A DNA stretch of 64,000 nt from the NCBI GenBank assembly GCA_964016885.1, contig OZ024745.1, forward strand, positions 86,552,001 through 86,616,000, written 5' to 3'. A model generated the notes under the pieces. That model had not been told where the DNA came from, searched no databases, and saw only the letters and a list, made by a program, of their open reading frames with translations. Of this stretch, positions 60,901 through 64,000 are shown one piece after another. Origin of the DNA: Eledone cirrhosa (lineage: Eukaryota). A program made the translations under genes and the position numbers. How positions within the stretch are numbered: position 1 is the first letter of the stretch; each line of letters opens with the position of its first letter.

Positions 60901-63628
60901 ACTGACGGGTCAGTTAGAGAATAGGCAAATGGTCTGTTTTCAGGACACTAGAAGAGGTGTCGAAAGAATTGCTAACGCACCACCTCTTGAGACGGAATTG
61001 ACTGAGTGGTTCAAGCATAATAGGGAACATGCTTTGAACCCGGATCAAAGGCAACTCTACTGCGATTTCCCTTCGCACTACACGTGGGATAAGAAGGGAA
61101 AGAAATGGAATGATAGAAAACAAAAGTTGAGATTCATAACTATTGGGCGGGTTTGTAATGTCCATCCCGCATCTGGTGATGTGTTTTATCTCCGAATTCT
61201 GTTGCATAATGATTTTTCGAGAGGTAAACAGAGCTTCACTGATTTGAAAACAATCAATGGCGTGGAATATGAAACATACCAGGCTGTGTGTCAGCATATG
61301 GGACTCCTTCAGGATGGCGCTGAATGGAATAACGCCATGGAAACTGCAGGAACAACACAGATGCCAGCTCAAATAAGGCAGTTGTTTGTCACGATTCTAG
61401 GATTCTACAATCCTGCCGATCCAAGAGAGTTATTTGAACGCCATTGGGGAATTATGGCTGATGATTTTAGGCATCATCTTCAGGTCGATGCTGAAAATTT
61501 GATGAAAGCTATTGTTTTGCTCAATATTGAGCAACTGCTTGAAGTTTATTTCAAATGTTTAAGAGATTTCAATTTGCCAATTCCTGATGAAGAAATGCGG
61601 CAACGTGTCTTAGCATTGAACATGAGATTGCAGCTTAGACGGTTGCCACTCGATCGGAGGGAACTATTCCAGTTTGATCCACTGGAACAGCAACGTATTG
61701 TGGATGAACGTATGCCAATGTAGACCCAATCTCAGAGAGAATTGGTCGATGGCGTTCTCCACTCTATTTCCATTAATGAGCAACTTTGTGCTTTCATAGA
61801 TGCTCCAGGAGGCACCGGAAAGACATTCTGTTTCAACACTATGTTATCGGCAGTCAGAGCTCAGAGGAAGATTGCTCTCTCTGTGGCCACCAGTGGGATC
61901 GCTGCCACTTTGCTGAGTGGTGGAAGGACCTTCCACTCATGCTTCAAGGCCCCATTGGCTCCGGATGAGTTGAGTGTCTGTAACATTACAGGACAAAGTG
62001 AACTCGCGGGACTTATACGCAACACGTCTCTGATTATTTGGGACGAGGCTCCACTGGCATACAGATATTTGCTGGAGGCATTGGACAGAACTTTGAGAGA
62101 TATCTGCGGTAGTGACCTGCCATTCGGTGGTAAGACTATCGTTCTTGGTGGCGATTTCAGACAGGTGCTACCAATTGTTAGGAATGCTCAAAGAGCACAA
62201 ATTGTCGATGCATGTCTGAAAAAGTCCCCGTTGTGGCGCCATTTCAGAGTTTTGCGATTACACGGTAATATGCGACTTCGTATGTTCGCGGCAAAACGAA
62301 GAGGCTGAGACATACGGCCGATGGTTGATGCAGTTGGGAAACGATGAATTGTCACACGTTGGTGATAATCAGGCTGTAAGAATCCCAGACCATTTGGTCA
62401 TGCCACTGGACCGCCAAGCATTGATTGACTGGGTGTTCCCTAATTTGAATGCTTTTTGGCAGAATATCTCCTGGATATCGGAACGCGTTATTCTAACTCA
62501 TACGAATGCAACGGTCGATGAAATAAATTCACAAGTAGCCGGAATGTTTCCTGGAGAGGAATGGTTGACCGTCAGTGCGGATGCAATGGAGCCTAATCAG
62601 AAGAACAATATGGATGTTCCGACTGAGTATCTGAATTCACTTCAAATACCCGGATTTTCCCCACATATTTTGAGGTTGAAAAAGGGTATGCCGATTATAT
62701 TGCTTAGAAATATCAATCATAAAATGGGTCTTTGCAATGGTACCAGATTGATTGTTGAGAGATTGATTAACGAAAGAGTTTTAGAAGCTAAACTCCCAGG
62801 CAGAGAGGAATTGGTTCTCATTCCGAGGATCATGCTGAGACCAAGTGAAGATCTGCTGCCATTCATTTGGCAAAGGAGACAGTTTCCCGTCAATTTGGCC
62901 TTCTCTATGACTGTCAACAAGTCACAGGGACAGACTTTCAAGCGAGTAGGTGTCTACTTGAATGATCCAGCATTCAGCCATGGGCAACTGTATGTTGCTG
63001 CATATCGAGTGTGCGATCCTGATGGTATAAAATTTGCAATTGATACCACTAACAAAGGAACAACCCTGAATATTGTCTATAATGAAGATTTGAGCTGATG
63101 TATGCATATCTTTAATGCTATCAATAAGCGACGTAAATGATTCGGACATTGGTGTCCTTTGATCAGTATTGTGAGCTTTGACAGAGTTATCATTTCTGTT
63201 CAATGTCATTTATTGTCGATAATGAACAATAAAAACCAACAAGTATTGGTAGAAATTGCCTTCAAATTTATCGCTTCTTCATATGCTGAGTCTGGCAAAA
63301 AGGTTGGATCCTATGGCCGGCCAGGGCTAGAGTAATATTGAAAAACGATTCTATTTTCGAAGTAGAAGGATCCGCCATTTGGTGTTCAAACCAGGCCACC
63401 TCCCCGAGTTGCACTCTGGGCAACATTGACTGTCTATTACTCAGTAGCTAAGAGCCAGGAAATTAATGAATACATTTTTGTGTCATATAATTTGTTGTTT
63501 TATTATTATAGCTGACCACTTATAGATAAGCATGTTATCCATATCCATATTAATTTGGCATTTGTATAAACAATTTCAAGTAAATAGGGACCTTTTTTTA
63601 CATTGACAGACATCTTTTATATTAATTA
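57979..63628 (+). mobile_element. Autonomous-type Helitron, degraded (3' end not securely located)
   Basis: 5' A|TCTATATATTAA at 57979; Rep-Hel coding region; 51-bp direct repeat 58421-58471 / 63579-63629. Confidence 0.85.
58641..63098 (+). pseudogene. Helitron Rep/PIF1 helicase (zinc finger + HUH Rep + SF1B helicase)
   Basis: CPHCGA..CCHKG; GKPDLFITVTCNPEW, VIEFQKRGLPHAHLL, KYLFKYVYKGHD; DAPGGTGKT, IIWDEAP, GGDFRQVLP, MTVNKSQGQT, FSHGQLYVA; at least 4 stops and 2 frameshifts. Confidence 0.95.
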
Positions 63629-63972
63629 TCTATATCTATATCTACATATAATATAAAAGATTGGAACTTCCATCATCCTTTTGAGAAATGTGGAACAACC
63701 ACGTCTATGCAATGATACACGTTTTACAGTCAGACAGAAGATGAACCATCTCCTAGATGTCACACACCTAGAATTGTTCATATACTATGCACAAACGGTA
63801 CAACGAAGAATCTGGTATATCTGGAAGATTTTTTTACTGTTTTTTGTATCACACAGACACCACGGACTCGCCTCATACTGTAACCAGACAAACATCCAAT
63901 ACAGTCATTTTCTCTTTTACCTGTCTTCTCTTATCTTCTGTTTACTCGGGTGAAGCTGGGTACGTCAGTTAG
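63629..63972 (+). mobile_element. Non-autonomous Helitron carrying a helicase fragment
   Basis: A|TCTATATC... start; IILLRNVEQPRLCNDTR remnant; 3' CGGGTGAAGCTGGG hairpin-like motif, then TTAG|T. Confidence 0.7.
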
Positions 63973-64000
63973 TTAATTCTATTTATATTTTGTGCTATGT

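Overview
Repeat-dense animal genomic DNA with no recognisable host protein-coding gene. The tRNA-derived SINE families and very long (TA)n/(TTA)n tracts suggest an octopod cephalopod (inference). Contents: (1) two Tx1/L1-clade LINEs, one full-length with a 20-bp TSD. (2) A head-to-tail array of four R4/Dong-type RLE non-LTR elements on the minus strand, separated by (TAA)n; the first is nearly intact and is flanked by a 177-bp direct repeat that looks like a very long target-site duplication, and the 5' regions carry splice-site-like signals. (3) Many Penelope-like element (PLE) remnants, mostly next to (TA)n. They carry at least five well-formed type I hammerhead ribozyme motifs, plus fold-back palindromes, two of which are centred on a hammerhead helix II. 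(4) A degraded autonomous Helitron (Rep + PIF1 helicase) and two non-autonomous Helitrons. (5) A Tc1/mariner-superfamily (Sailor-like) element, a tiny hAT MITE, CR1 and RTE fragments, about 20 SINEs and many microsatellites. All calls were made by eye; no database searches were run.
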